Positions 53,266 through 62,833 of a stretch of 64,000 bases of DNA are shown piece after piece. Both the position numbers and the translations under genes were made by a program. The DNA is from Alphaproteobacteria bacterium (lineage in GTDB: Bacteria; Pseudomonadota; Alphaproteobacteria; Bin95): NCBI GenBank assembly GCA_963665325.3, contig CAXXWS020000004.1, forward strand, positions 160,001-224,000, given 5' to 3'. The notes beneath the pieces were generated by a model. The model worked only from the letters and a program-made list of their open reading frames with translations. It was not told the DNA's origin and made no database searches. Positions within the stretch are counted from its first letter, which is position 1, and each line of letters starts with the position of its first letter.

Positions 53266-54279
53266 TTATCCCTTGGGGGCCGCCGGAGGCGCCTGGGCCG
53301 GCTGCTGCGGCGCCTCGCTTGTCCCTCCGGTGCGTTCCCGCTCCATCAGCCGGGCGCGTTCCTTGAGAGCCTCATCTTCGGCCGCCCTCTTTTCCTCCAG
53401 TTCCTTTGCCAGCTCTTCGGCGCGCCCGCCGCCGCCGCCAATGACTTTTTCCGGATCGAACACGGCGTCCCAATTTCTCGAGAACCAGTCTTCATCGCCG
53501 TCTTCAGATCCGCTCTCACCCTTTTCGACGAGGCTGTAACTGTCCACGTACCACTCGTTGCCCGGATAGTTGTGCTGCAGCACGGCGGCAACCCTGACCG
53601 CCTCCTCGTCCAGACCCACGGCCGTATAGGCCTCGGCCAGGCGGTGCAGCGCTTCCGGCACATGGCTGGTGGTCTGGTATTCGTCCGCCACGATGCGGAA
53701 CCGGTTGATCGCGGCCAGCAAATGGCCCTGCCGCAGATAAAAGCGCCCGACGCTCATCTCCTTGCCGGCCAGATGGTCGCGCGTCAGGTCGAGTTTCAGG
53801 CGGGCGTCATTCGCATAGTCGCTGCCCGGGAAGCGCCTCACCACTGCCTCGAGCGACGACCGCGCCCTTCGTGTCACACTCTGGTCGCGTCCGACATCCG
53901 AGATCTGTTCGTAGTAGGCGATCGCCGCCAGATAGTACGCATAAGCCACGTCGGGGTTGCCCGGATGAAGCTCGATATAGCGTCGGAGAGCGGCGATCGC
54001 TTCGTCGTATTCATCCGCCTGGTAATGGGCATAGGCCCCCATCAACTGCGCTTTGGTGGCCCAGACCGAATAGGGGTGTTGGCGTTCCACCTCGTCGAAC
54101 CGCTCGGCAGCGACCACGAAATCGCCTCCCAGCAGCGCATCCATGGAACTGTTGTAGAGCTCCTCCACCGGGCGCTCCACATATTCCTCGCGCTCGTCGG
54201 TACTGCATCCGGAAAGCGTTCCGACGACGAGCAGAGCAACGAGGACATTCCGCCAAAGACAACCGTATGCCCGACTCAC
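53266..54279 (-). CDS. bamD: Outer membrane assembly lipoprotein BamD
   Basis: LSGC lipobox, EVERQHPYSVWA, GRDQ, HLAGKEM; located between lpxC and recN. Confidence 0.93.
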   Translation of the reverse strand: MSRAYGCLWRNVLVALLVVGTLSGCSTDEREEYVERPVEELYNSSMDALLGGDFVVAAERFDEVERQHPYSVWATKAQLMGAYAHYQADEYDEAIAALRRYIELHPGNPDVAYAYYLAAIAYYEQISDVGRDQSVTRRARSSLEAVVRRFPGSDYANDARLKLDLTRDHLAGKEMSVGRFYLRQGHLLAAINRFRIVADEYQTTSHVPEALHRLAEAYTAVGLDEEAVRVAAVLQHNYPGNEWYVDSYSLVEKGESGSEDGDEDWFSRNWDAVFDPEKVIGGGGGRAEELAKELEEKRAAEDEALKERARLMERERTGGTSEAPQQPAQAPPAAPKG

Positions 54280-54343
54280 AGCACCCTCATGGCAACGGGA
54301 AAGGCGGCTTCAGTTTATGGCATACGCGCGTCGAAGCATAGTT

Positions 54344-55282
54344 TCAGGCGACGACCCGTTGCACTTCCGGCTCGGCGCCTTCCAATCGCCACGCCGAATC
54401 GTCGGCGAACAGCGCCCGCAGCACCAGATTGTTGAGCCGGTGACCCGACTTGAAACCCTGGAACGCGCCGAGCAACGGAGCGCCCGCCAGCGCGAGATCG
54501 CCGATGACATCGAGCACCTTGTGGCGCACCGGCTCGTCGGGGTAACGCAGACCGCCGTCGTTCATCACACCGTTCGGGGAAATCGCCACGGCATTGTCCA
54601 GCGAAGCTCCCCTGGCGTAACCCTGCGCCCGCAGCCGTTCCAGCTCATCCAGGAATCCGAAGGTGCGCGCGCGGCCCACCGCCTCCGAAAAGCTCTGCCG
54701 ATCCCAATCGAAGTCGTAACGCTGGACGCCGACATGGGGGTGGTCGTAGTCGATTGTGCAGGAAACCTTGAATCGGTCCGACGGCAGCAACCGGGCCCAG
54801 CTGTCGCCGTCCTGCACCTCGACCGGCTTCAGGATCTCGATCCGACGCCGCGGCCGGGAAGGCTGGGGCCGGACGCCGACGCATCCGATCAGGAAAGTGA
54901 AGTCATCCGAACTGCCGTCCATAATCGGCAATTCCGGTGCATCGACCTCGATTGTGGCATTGTCGATCCCCGCACCGGCCAACGCCGCCAAAACATGTTC
55001 CGGCGTGCTTATGCCGACACCGTATTGGTTGGACAACACCGTGCATAGCGTCGTATCGACGACCATGTCCCATCGCGCAGGCACCACAGCGGCATCGCCC
55101 GCAATATCGAGGCGCCGGAACACAAACCCACGCCCCACAGGGGCCGGTCCGAGGGTCAAATGCACCTTGCGGCCGCTATGGATGCCTATTCCTTCACACG
55201 CAATCGCCGCCCGTAAAGTGCGTTGTCCACCATCCACCCATCTCGAAAGACGTTCGACCGGTTTTCTCTCTCGTTCACTCAT
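54344..55282 (-). CDS. lpxC: UDP-3-O-acyl-GlcNAc deacetylase
   Basis: QRTL, GIGIHSG, EHVLAAL, PIMDGS, ARTFGF, RHKVLD. Confidence 0.94.
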   Translation of the reverse strand: MSERERKPVERLSRWVDGGQRTLRAAIACEGIGIHSGRKVHLTLGPAPVGRGFVFRRLDIAGDAAVVPARWDMVVDTTLCTVLSNQYGVGISTPEHVLAALAGAGIDNATIEVDAPELPIMDGSSDDFTFLIGCVGVRPQPSRPRRRIEILKPVEVQDGDSWARLLPSDRFKVSCTIDYDHPHVGVQRYDFDWDRQSFSEAVGRARTFGFLDELERLRAQGYARGASLDNAVAISPNGVMNDGGLRYPDEPVRHKVLDVIGDLALAGAPLLGAFQGFKSGHRLNNLVLRALFADDSAWRLEGAEPEVQRVVA

Positions 55283-55363
55283 TGCGTTGTAATATGGCGT
55301 CCCAAACTGGCGAATCTGCAAGGAGACCATATCGAGGTGTTTCGCAGTCCTACAAGTCACACT

Positions 55364-56059
55364 TTGTTAAGGAATGTTACGGCGGGATCTGCCTGGGGCA
55401 TCCTGCCGCTCAAGAATCCAGAATACGCGAAAACGAGGCTGGCGCCGGCGCTGACACATGAGGAGCGACAGAAATTGTTCCGGGCCATGGCGGAGGATGT
55501 GCTGGCCGCATTGTCCAGCGCCGAAGGTCTGGAGGGGACGGTCGTCGTTACCCGCGACAACTGGGCGCAAGGGCTCGCAGAAGAATACGGGGCCACGATC
55601 CTGGAAGAAACGAAGAATCGGGGCCAGAGCCCTGCCGTCGGCGACGCGGCGGCCGCCCTTGCCAAGGCCGGGGCCGGTGTCGCGTTGGCGCTGCCGGGCG
55701 ATGTGCCGCTTGTCTCGCCAGCGGAAGTCGACCGGGTCCTGGCCGTCCACGGGCCGGCCCCGGCGGTGACCATGACGCCTGCGGCCGACGGGCGGGGGAC
55801 CAATTGCGTAGCCTGCTCGCCGCCCGACATCATCCCGTTCCATTTCGGCCATGACAGCTTCGAGCCCCACAAGGCCGAAGCACTGGCACTCGGCCTCGAG
55901 CCGCGTATCGTCGCAGGCCTGTACGGTATCGCCCTCGATGTGGACAAGCCCGAGGATTTGCGCATGCTGCTTGCGCAGGGCGGCGTCTGTCGGGCGCTCG
56001 AATGGCTGAACGGCACGGACATCCCGGCGCGCCTCGCCGGGGAGGAGAGGAATAAATGA
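55364..56059 (+). CDS. cofC: 2-phospho-L-lactate/PEP guanylyltransferase (F420 biosynthesis; start uncertain)
   Basis: PLK...AKTRL, AMAEDVL, PGDVP, GRGTN, FG.DSF..H, LDVDKPEDL. Confidence 0.85.
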   Translation: MLRNVTAGSAWGILPLKNPEYAKTRLAPALTHEERQKLFRAMAEDVLAALSSAEGLEGTVVVTRDNWAQGLAEEYGATILEETKNRGQSPAVGDAAAALAKAGAGVALALPGDVPLVSPAEVDRVLAVHGPAPAVTMTPAADGRGTNCVACSPPDIIPFHFGHDSFEPHKAEALALGLEPRIVAGLYGIALDVDKPEDLRMLLAQGGVCRALEWLNGTDIPARLAGEERNK

Positions 56060-57081
56060 CAGCGCTTCAGTTCGGGATCATGAACCGGGGCCAGTTCCCC
56101 ATCGGCGACGACCCGAAGCTGCACTGGGACGAACTGGTCGAGCAGGCGCGGGCGGCCGAGCGGCTCAAATTCGATTCGATCATGAAGGGCTCGCACTACA
56201 GCTCCTGGCCGTTGATGGATTTCCAGCAGGTCCCGTTCCTGGCCCGCATGAGCGGCGAATGTCCGTCCCTACGCCTTCTCTGCGGCATCTGCCTGCTGCC
56301 GCTGCACAAGCCGCTCGATGTCGCGGAGACCTTCGCCAATCTCGATGTCATGAGCGGCGGCAAGCTCATCTTCGGTGTCGGGCTCGGCTACCGGGAAGTG
56401 GAATTCAAGGCGTTCGGCACAACGCAAAAGGATGCAGTGCCCCGCTTCGTCGAGAGTCTCGATGCGATCCGGCGGTTGTGGACCGAGGAGCGTGTGACGA
56501 TGAAGGGCTCGCATTTCGAGCTCATCGAGGCTGCCTGCACGGTCAAGCCGGTCCAGAAGCCGACTCCGCCCGTCTGGGTGGGCGCCAATGCCGACCGGGC
56601 GATCGAACGCGCCGCCCGGCTGACGGATGCCTGGTTCATCAACCCGCACAACACGGTGGCGACCACGGCCCGGCAGATGGAGGTGTACAAGCGCGCCCTC
56701 GACAAGGCGGGCAAGCCGATGCCGGCCGAACTGCCGATGATGCGCGAGGTCGTGGTGGGCCGGTCGCGCGAGGAAGCTATCCGCACTGCCGAACCCTATC
56801 TGATGGCGAAATACCGCGCCTACAAGGAATGGGGCCAGGACAAGGTTATGCCGGAGGGCGACGGCGATTTCGGTCAGGACTACGAGGACCTGCTGAAAGA
56901 CCGGTTCCTGTTCGGCTCGCCCGACGAGGTCGCGGAGCAGATCATCGGATATATCAACCGCTTCGGTATCAACCACTTCGTGTTCGGCATCCAGTATCCC
57001 GGCATGCCGCAAAGCATGGTGCTCGACGAGATGGCTATGCTTGCCGAAGAGGTGATCCCCATGGTGCGCTCTGGCGTCTAA
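56056..57081 (+). CDS. Luciferase-like (LLM) oxidoreductase, probably F420-dependent
   Basis: LDVMSGGKLIFGVGLGYR..EF, PVQKPTPPVWVG, GSPDEVAEQI; coupled to cofC. Confidence 0.82.
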   Translation: MTALQFGIMNRGQFPIGDDPKLHWDELVEQARAAERLKFDSIMKGSHYSSWPLMDFQQVPFLARMSGECPSLRLLCGICLLPLHKPLDVAETFANLDVMSGGKLIFGVGLGYREVEFKAFGTTQKDAVPRFVESLDAIRRLWTEERVTMKGSHFELIEAACTVKPVQKPTPPVWVGANADRAIERAARLTDAWFINPHNTVATTARQMEVYKRALDKAGKPMPAELPMMREVVVGRSREEAIRTAEPYLMAKYRAYKEWGQDKVMPEGDGDFGQDYEDLLKDRFLFGSPDEVAEQIIGYINRFGINHFVFGIQYPGMPQSMVLDEMAMLAEEVIPMVRSGV

Positions 57082-57332
57082 CCCGCATGTCCCAAAGGCT
57101 CACGGCCTGCGTCGCGTCCAAGCGTTCCATCCGCAAGGAGCGGGCCGAAAAAGCGTAGCAGAGCCTGCGGTTGAGGTCCGCGACGCCGCGCGCAACGCGG
57201 CAGTTTGTTCGGAGGCCGGCGGTTGTCCAGCCAACGGCGGTCGATTCATCCGGATCGAAGCGTGCTCCAAATAAACCGACGACCCACGATGCCATCGGTC
57301 TGGTCTGCCCCGCCGCTGCGAGGGCCCCTGGC

Positions 57333-58049
57333 CTAAAAGGCGAGCTTCGCTGCGCCAAGCATGCGCATGGTACGGCTGTCCTGAACCAGCAGCGCAACGC
57401 CGCCTGCAGTGTCCTGCTCCGTATCGACCTCGATTTCGCTTTCCATCGCCGCGCCGTGCCATTCGGCGACCTGCACAATCTCGCGCACGACATTGCTGTA
57501 GCTAAGGTGCCGCCCGGCATTCTCGCCGCGCTCGATATCCTGGTCGAGCTTGCGGGCGAAGCGCACCAGGTGGACGCGCGCCGCGCCGTCTCCCGCCGGC
57601 AACGCATAGCCGAGACGGCCCGGCCCGCGCCATTCGAGACTGACCTCGAGGCGCAATTCCGACGTGGCTTCCGCCTGGGCGATGGCTACCATTATCCGCT
57701 CTGCATCGAAGCCGACCACATCGTAGCGCCCATCGATCACCATCTGAGGGGTATAGACATTGCGGCGGCCGAGCACCGGGCTGTAGGCATATTGCCGGTC
57801 AGTTCCAGCCTTCGTGGCGAAGGGGTCCGGCCAGCCGAGACGGTCCCAGTAGTTCACATGGAAGCCGAGCGCGATTACGTCCTCCCGGTCCGCGAGACGG
57901 CCTAGGTTCCGGTCGGCGGGCGGACAGGACGAACAGCCTTGCGAAGTGAACAGCTCGACCACCACCGGCTTGGAGGAGCCCGCCCACGCCACAGCTGCGG
58001 CGAGCAGACCGGCTGCAACAAGCAGGACCCGCCCAAGGACAGCCATCAT
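57333..58049 (-). CDS. Secreted thioredoxin-like DUF1223 protein
   Basis: VVELFTSQGCSSCPPAD, HVNYWD.LGW.D, YTPQ, GENAGR. Confidence 0.88.
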   Translation of the reverse strand: MMAVLGRVLLVAAGLLAAAVAWAGSSKPVVVELFTSQGCSSCPPADRNLGRLADREDVIALGFHVNYWDRLGWPDPFATKAGTDRQYAYSPVLGRRNVYTPQMVIDGRYDVVGFDAERIMVAIAQAEATSELRLEVSLEWRGPGRLGYALPAGDGAARVHLVRFARKLDQDIERGENAGRHLSYSNVVREIVQVAEWHGAAMESEIEVDTEQDTAGGVALLVQDSRTMRMLGAAKLAF

Positions 58050-58735
58050 TCGAACACCGCCACCGCCCGGATCGGGCTGCCGGTGCCGCCGCGAATCCTG
58101 AGCGGGAAGCCGATGAAACGGAACCGGCCGCGGCCGATCACCGCCTCCAGATTGGCGAGGCACTCCATATGCGTAATCCCGCGTTCGGCGCAGGCGCGGT
58201 GGGCGCGGAAGTTGAGTTCGCCCTCCGGAGCCGGGCTGACCGCCTCAACGCCGAACATTCCGATTCCCTTGTCGGCGAGCCAGTGGACCGACTCCGTCGC
58301 GAGTCCGGGGAACTCGTGCCCATAGGCCGGCGTGCCGAACATACGCCGGTTCACGCCCATGGCGAGCAGCACCGTATCTCCCTGGCGGATTTCCTCGCCG
58401 GACGCGGCTAACGCAGCTTCCATCTCTGCCACCGCCACCGCGTGGCGCGGCGGCGGCTCGCCGAGGTCGAGGCAGATCGCGGAGGTGTAGAAGCGCTCCA
58501 GCGCCATCCGGTCTATCGACTCAGCCTCAGGGTCGGGATCGAAATGGCAGAACGCATCGACATGCGTGCCGGAGTGGTCCGAGAGCGAGAGCGTCAGCGA
58601 TTTCGAAGTGAAGTCGAAGCCGCCGGCGCTCTTGATCTCCGAGTGGTCGTTCCAGACCGTCATCACCACCGGCGGGTGCGAGGGGTGGTGGGCGGTGCGG
58701 TGATGCAGTTCGCGGGAGAGATCGACGAGTTCCAT
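58046..58735 (-). CDS. Cyclase/kynurenine formamidase-family metal hydrolase
   Basis: DHSGTHVDA, PLRIRGGTGSPIRAVA. Confidence 0.88.
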   Translation of the reverse strand: MELVDLSRELHHRTAHHPSHPPVVMTVWNDHSEIKSAGGFDFTSKSLTLSLSDHSGTHVDAFCHFDPDPEAESIDRMALERFYTSAICLDLGEPPPRHAVAVAEMEAALAASGEEIRQGDTVLLAMGVNRRMFGTPAYGHEFPGLATESVHWLADKGIGMFGVEAVSPAPEGELNFRAHRACAERGITHMECLANLEAVIGRGRFRFIGFPLRIRGGTGSPIRAVAVFE

Positions 58736-59580
58736 CAGACCGGCCTGTCGCCTTCCAGCGTCACCCGGTGCATCGCCCGGCGGTAGCCCTGATAGTCGTT
58801 GAGCGCGTAATGCTGGGTGCAGCGATTGTCCCAGAACGCGATCGACCCCTGCTGCCAGCGGAACCGGCAGGTGAACTCCGGAAGCGCCGCCTGCCGGTAG
58901 AGGAAGTCCAGCAGCGGCCGGCTTTCCTCCGCGGTCCAGCCGTCGATCCGCCGTGTGAACGCTCCGTTGACGAACAGGCACTTGCGCCCGGTCTCCGGAT
59001 GGGTGCGCACCACGGGATGGCTGCTCTCGATGGTCTCGTCTACCTCGGTGAGCTTGGTGGTGCGTATCGAATTGGCGGCGTCGCGGCGGGCCTTGTTCGT
59101 GAATATGTCGGAGCTGTGGATGGCGCGCAGCCCCTCCAGCATTTCCTTCATGCCGTCCGACAGCGCCTCATAGGCACGATACTGGCTGGCGAACATCGTG
59201 TCGCCGCCCGCCGGCGGCACTTCCAGCGCATAGAGGATCGAGCCCAGCGCCGGCTCCGGGAGGTAGGTGACATCGGAATGCCAGACTCCGCCGATATTCC
59301 CGGTCGCCTCGGGCTCTTTCAGCACGGGGAGGATCTCGGGATGCCCCGGCAACGACTCGTAGTAACCGTGGATGTTGAGGTCGCCGAAACGCCGGCCCAC
59401 CTCCTTGTGGCTGTCGGGGTCCAGCGCCTGGTCCCGGAAGAAGATCACCTGATGGTCCAGGAAAGCCCGGTGAACCACGTCGAACTGTTCATCCGACAGC
59501 GAGTCCGCAAGATCGATGCCGTGGATTTCCGCACCAAGGGCTCCCGCTACCGGCCGAACCTCAATGCTGTTGGACTTCAT
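58735..59580 (-). CDS. TauD/TfdA Fe(II)/2-oxoglutarate dioxygenase
   Basis: WHSDVT, GGDT, HPVVRTHPETGRK, WDNRCTQH. Confidence 0.92.
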   Translation of the reverse strand: MKSNSIEVRPVAGALGAEIHGIDLADSLSDEQFDVVHRAFLDHQVIFFRDQALDPDSHKEVGRRFGDLNIHGYYESLPGHPEILPVLKEPEATGNIGGVWHSDVTYLPEPALGSILYALEVPPAGGDTMFASQYRAYEALSDGMKEMLEGLRAIHSSDIFTNKARRDAANSIRTTKLTEVDETIESSHPVVRTHPETGRKCLFVNGAFTRRIDGWTAEESRPLLDFLYRQAALPEFTCRFRWQQGSIAFWDNRCTQHYALNDYQGYRRAMHRVTLEGDRPV

Positions 59581-59640
59581 GGCCGTCCTCCCCTATCACT
59601 CCGCCGATAACCTACCCTATAGCTCCATAGACAACCAAGC

Positions 59641-60501
59641 ATGACGATGCCCGAACTACAGGGCTGCCTCGACCGGGCGGCCCGACGCCATGAGACAGCC
59701 TGTGGCGGCGGCCATATGGTCTGGCGCGAATGGGGCGCCGGGCCCACCGTGTTGCTACTGCACGGCTCCTTCGGCGCCTGGACGCACTGGCTGCGCAACA
59801 TCGAGGCGCTTTCGATGCATTTTCGTGTGCTGGCCTGCGACCTGCCGGGCATGGGCGAAAGCGCCCTGCCGCCGATGCCGTTCGATGCGGGCAGCCTTGC
59901 GGACATCCTGACGGAGGGGTTGGAGGAACTCGCGCCGGAACCGTTTCATCTGGTCGGCTTCTCTTTCGGCGGCATCGTCGGCGGCCATGTGGCCGTTCGC
60001 ACCATGCCGCGGGTGATGAGCTACACCGCAATCGGCTCGAACGCCCTCGGCCTGCCGATGGCTTCGAGAGCGCCGCTGCGCAAGCCCAACAGGAACATGA
60101 GCGAAGCGGAAATTCTCGATCTCCACCGCCACAATCTGGGCCTCCAGATGTTCGGCGACCCCGCGAGGATCGATGCCACCGCACTCGCAGTCCAGAACGC
60201 CAATACACGCCGGGCGCGCATCCGCTCCGGGAAGATCCCGGCAGGGGACAGCCTCGCCTGCAGGCTCGGCGAAATGGCGGCGGCCGGCCTGCCCCTCCAG
60301 GGCATCTGGGGCGAGCGCGACGCCACAGCAGGCGAACTGCTGCACACGCGGCGCGACCTGTTCCAGACCGTGCAGCCCGGCTGCCCCTTCCATGTCGTTC
60401 CCGGCGCCGGCCATTGGGCCGCGTTCGAGGCGCCGGACGAAGTGAACCGAATCCTCATCGACAGCCTGCCCGCCATGGAGACCCCACGTGCATGCCATTG
60501 A
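59641..60501 (+). CDS. Alpha/beta hydrolase
   Basis: LLHG, DLPGMG, GFSFG nucleophile elbow, GAGHW. Confidence 0.85.
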   Translation: MTMPELQGCLDRAARRHETACGGGHMVWREWGAGPTVLLLHGSFGAWTHWLRNIEALSMHFRVLACDLPGMGESALPPMPFDAGSLADILTEGLEELAPEPFHLVGFSFGGIVGGHVAVRTMPRVMSYTAIGSNALGLPMASRAPLRKPNRNMSEAEILDLHRHNLGLQMFGDPARIDATALAVQNANTRRARIRSGKIPAGDSLACRLGEMAAAGLPLQGIWGERDATAGELLHTRRDLFQTVQPGCPFHVVPGAGHWAAFEAPDEVNRILIDSLPAMETPRACH

Positions 60502-61156
60502 AGCCATAGCCTCGCGCCGGTCCGTCCGCGCCTTCAAGCCGGACCCGGTGCCGCCGGAAGTCATCCGCGAGATCCTGGAGGTCTCGGCACGGGCGCCTTC
60601 CGGCACCAACATGCAGCCCTGGAAAGCGCGGGTCGTGACCGGCGCCGCACGCGAACGGCTGACCCGGGCGGCGCTTGCCGCCGGCATGAACGGGGCCGAA
60701 CTGAAGGCGGAGTACAAATACTATCCGGACCGCTTTCCGGAGCCCTATCTCACCCGCCGCCGCAAGGTCGGGTGGGACTTGTACGGCCTGCTCGGCATCC
60801 AGCGCGGCGAGACCGACAAGATGCGCGCCCAGCACGCCCGCAACCAGATGTTCTTCGATGCGCCGGTCGGCATCGTCTTCAGCGTCGACCGCGTGCTCGA
60901 GATTGGCAGCTGGCTCGACTACGGCATGTTCCTGGAGAATGTCATGGTAGCGGCGCGGGCTTTCGGCCTGCACAGCTGCCCCCAGGTGGCCTGGACGCCC
61001 TTTCACGAGACCGTTCGCGAAGTGCTCGGCATGCCGGAGGAAGAGGTGGTCGTGTGCGGCATGGCGCTCGGCTACGAGGACGAAAGCGCGGTCGAAAACA
61101 GCCTGCGCACCGAACGCGCGCCGCTATCGGACTGGGTCTCCTTCCACGAGGAGTGA
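60488..61156 (+). CDS. Nitroreductase
   Basis: RRSVRAF, APSGTNMQPW, GMALGY. Confidence 0.9.
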   Translation: MHAIEAIASRRSVRAFKPDPVPPEVIREILEVSARAPSGTNMQPWKARVVTGAARERLTRAALAAGMNGAELKAEYKYYPDRFPEPYLTRRRKVGWDLYGLLGIQRGETDKMRAQHARNQMFFDAPVGIVFSVDRVLEIGSWLDYGMFLENVMVAARAFGLHSCPQVAWTPFHETVREVLGMPEEEVVVCGMALGYEDESAVENSLRTERAPLSDWVSFHEE

Positions 61157-61176
61157 AGCCGCGTCCGCCGGCCGGG

Positions 61177-61935
61177 CTACCGCAGCCCTCCGGTGACGAA
61201 GATCGTGTCGGCGGTGAGGTAGCTGGCGCCGTCGGAGCAGGCGAACAGGACCGTCTCGGCGATCTCTTCGGGCTGGGCCATTCGGCCGATGGGCATCTGC
61301 TCCGCATAGCCCTGCAGCACTTCGGGCGGCGTGTTGTCGTGGAAGGGCGTATCCACCAGTCCCGGCGAGATCGACAGGCAGCGCACGCCCCGGCTGGCGA
61401 ACTCCCTGCCGATGCCAAGCGTCATCGTGTGGACGGCGCCCTTCGACGAGGCGTAGTGGACCGAGTTACCCGCGCCGCCGATCCGGGCGGCCACGCTTGC
61501 GATATTGACGATCACGCCGCCGCCCCTCTCCAGCATGTGCGGCAGGACGGCCTGGGCGCCGTTGAAGGTGCCGCGGACATTGAGGGCGTAGGTGCGCTCC
61601 CAGAGATCTTCGGTAATCTCGAGGAAGGGCTTCCGCGCCAGCGCCGCGCCCGCGGCATTGAGTTCGAAATCCACCCGCCCGAAATCGGCGATGGCCCGGG
61701 CGACGGCCGCATCGACCTCGGCGCGCACGGTTACATCGCAGCCGACGAAGCTCGCCCGCGCGCCGAGCTGGATGACCTGGTTGGCCGTGCGCTCGGCGGC
61801 CTCGGGGTCGATATCGGCGCAGACCGTATTCGCCCCTTCCCGCGCAAACACCAGCGCCGTTTCGCGCCCGATGCCGCTGCCGGCGCCGGTTATCAGGATG
61901 GTCTTGTCCTTGAAGTAGTCCGGATCCCTGGGCAT
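61177..61935 (-). CDS. Short-chain dehydrogenase/reductase
   Basis: TGAGSGIG, NAAG, YASSK, PG..DT. Confidence 0.9.
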   Translation of the reverse strand: MPRDPDYFKDKTILITGAGSGIGRETALVFAREGANTVCADIDPEAAERTANQVIQLGARASFVGCDVTVRAEVDAAVARAIADFGRVDFELNAAGAALARKPFLEITEDLWERTYALNVRGTFNGAQAVLPHMLERGGGVIVNIASVAARIGGAGNSVHYASSKGAVHTMTLGIGREFASRGVRCLSISPGLVDTPFHDNTPPEVLQGYAEQMPIGRMAQPEEIAETVLFACSDGASYLTADTIFVTGGLR

Positions 61936-61960
61936 TGCGCTTCCCTCGGATCGCCGGCGC

Positions 61961-62752
61961 CTAGTTGAGCCAGCGTTTGCGGCGGCGATAATGCTTTACA
62001 TTGCGGTAGGACCTCTTCTCGCCATGCTCGCTGATGCCGAGATAGAACTCCTTGATATCGGCGTTCTCGCCAAGCTCGGAGGCCGGCCCGTCCATGACGA
62101 TGGCCCCGTTCTCCATCACATAGCCGTGGTCGGCGATGGCGAGCGCGAGCGCGGCGTTCTGCTCCACCAGCAGCACCGTCACGCCCTGCTCCTTGTTGAG
62201 CTTGCTTATGATGCCGAAGATCTCCTCGATGATCATCGGGGCCAGCCCCAACGACGGCTCGTCGAGCAGGACGATCTTGGGGTCCGACATCAACGCCCGG
62301 CCGATCGCCAGCATTTGCTGCTCGCCGCCCGACAGGTAGCCGGCCTGCACATGCCGGCGCTCCGCAATTCGCGGAAAGTAGCCATAGACCAGTTCCTTGC
62401 GCTGCTTCATGACAGCGCTCGACTGGATATGGCCGCCGGCGATCAGGTTCTCGTCGGCCGACAGGTTGACGAAGACCCGCCGCCCCTCGAAGACCTGAAC
62501 GATGCCTTTCTTGACGATGTCATGGGCTTCGAAAAGGTCGATGCGCTCGCCGTCAAGGTCGATGGAGCCGCGCGTAACCGCGCCGCGCTCGGGCTTCAGC
62601 AGGCCGGAAATTGCCTTGAGCGTGGTCGTCTTGCCGGCGCCGTTGGCGCCCAGCACGGTCGTGATCCGGCCTTCGGGCACCTCGATCGAACAGCCCTTCA
62701 GCACCAGGATCACATTGTCGTAAACGACCTCGATATTGTTGAGATTCAGCAT
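61961..62752 (-). CDS. Branched-chain-type ABC ATPase (LivF-like)
   Basis: GANGAGKTT, LSGGEQQMLAIGR, DEPSLGLAP. Confidence 0.92.
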   Translation of the reverse strand: MLNLNNIEVVYDNVILVLKGCSIEVPEGRITTVLGANGAGKTTTLKAISGLLKPERGAVTRGSIDLDGERIDLFEAHDIVKKGIVQVFEGRRVFVNLSADENLIAGGHIQSSAVMKQRKELVYGYFPRIAERRHVQAGYLSGGEQQMLAIGRALMSDPKIVLLDEPSLGLAPMIIEEIFGIISKLNKEQGVTVLLVEQNAALALAIADHGYVMENGAIVMDGPASELGENADIKEFYLGISEHGEKRSYRNVKHYRRRKRWLN

Positions 62753-62792
62753 CGCCTCATGTCCGGGCCGTCCGGTTGAAAATGGTCAAAGC

Positions 62793-62814
62793 GGCGGGAC
62801 CCGAAGGCCCCGCC
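62793..62814 (-). terminator. Stem-loop after the binding-protein gene (terminator or mRNA stabiliser)
   Basis: GGCGGGGCC-UUCG-GGUCCCGCC followed by GCUUU on the minus strand. Confidence 0.55.
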
Positions 62815-62833
62815 AAAGTCCTTTGCGCAAGCC

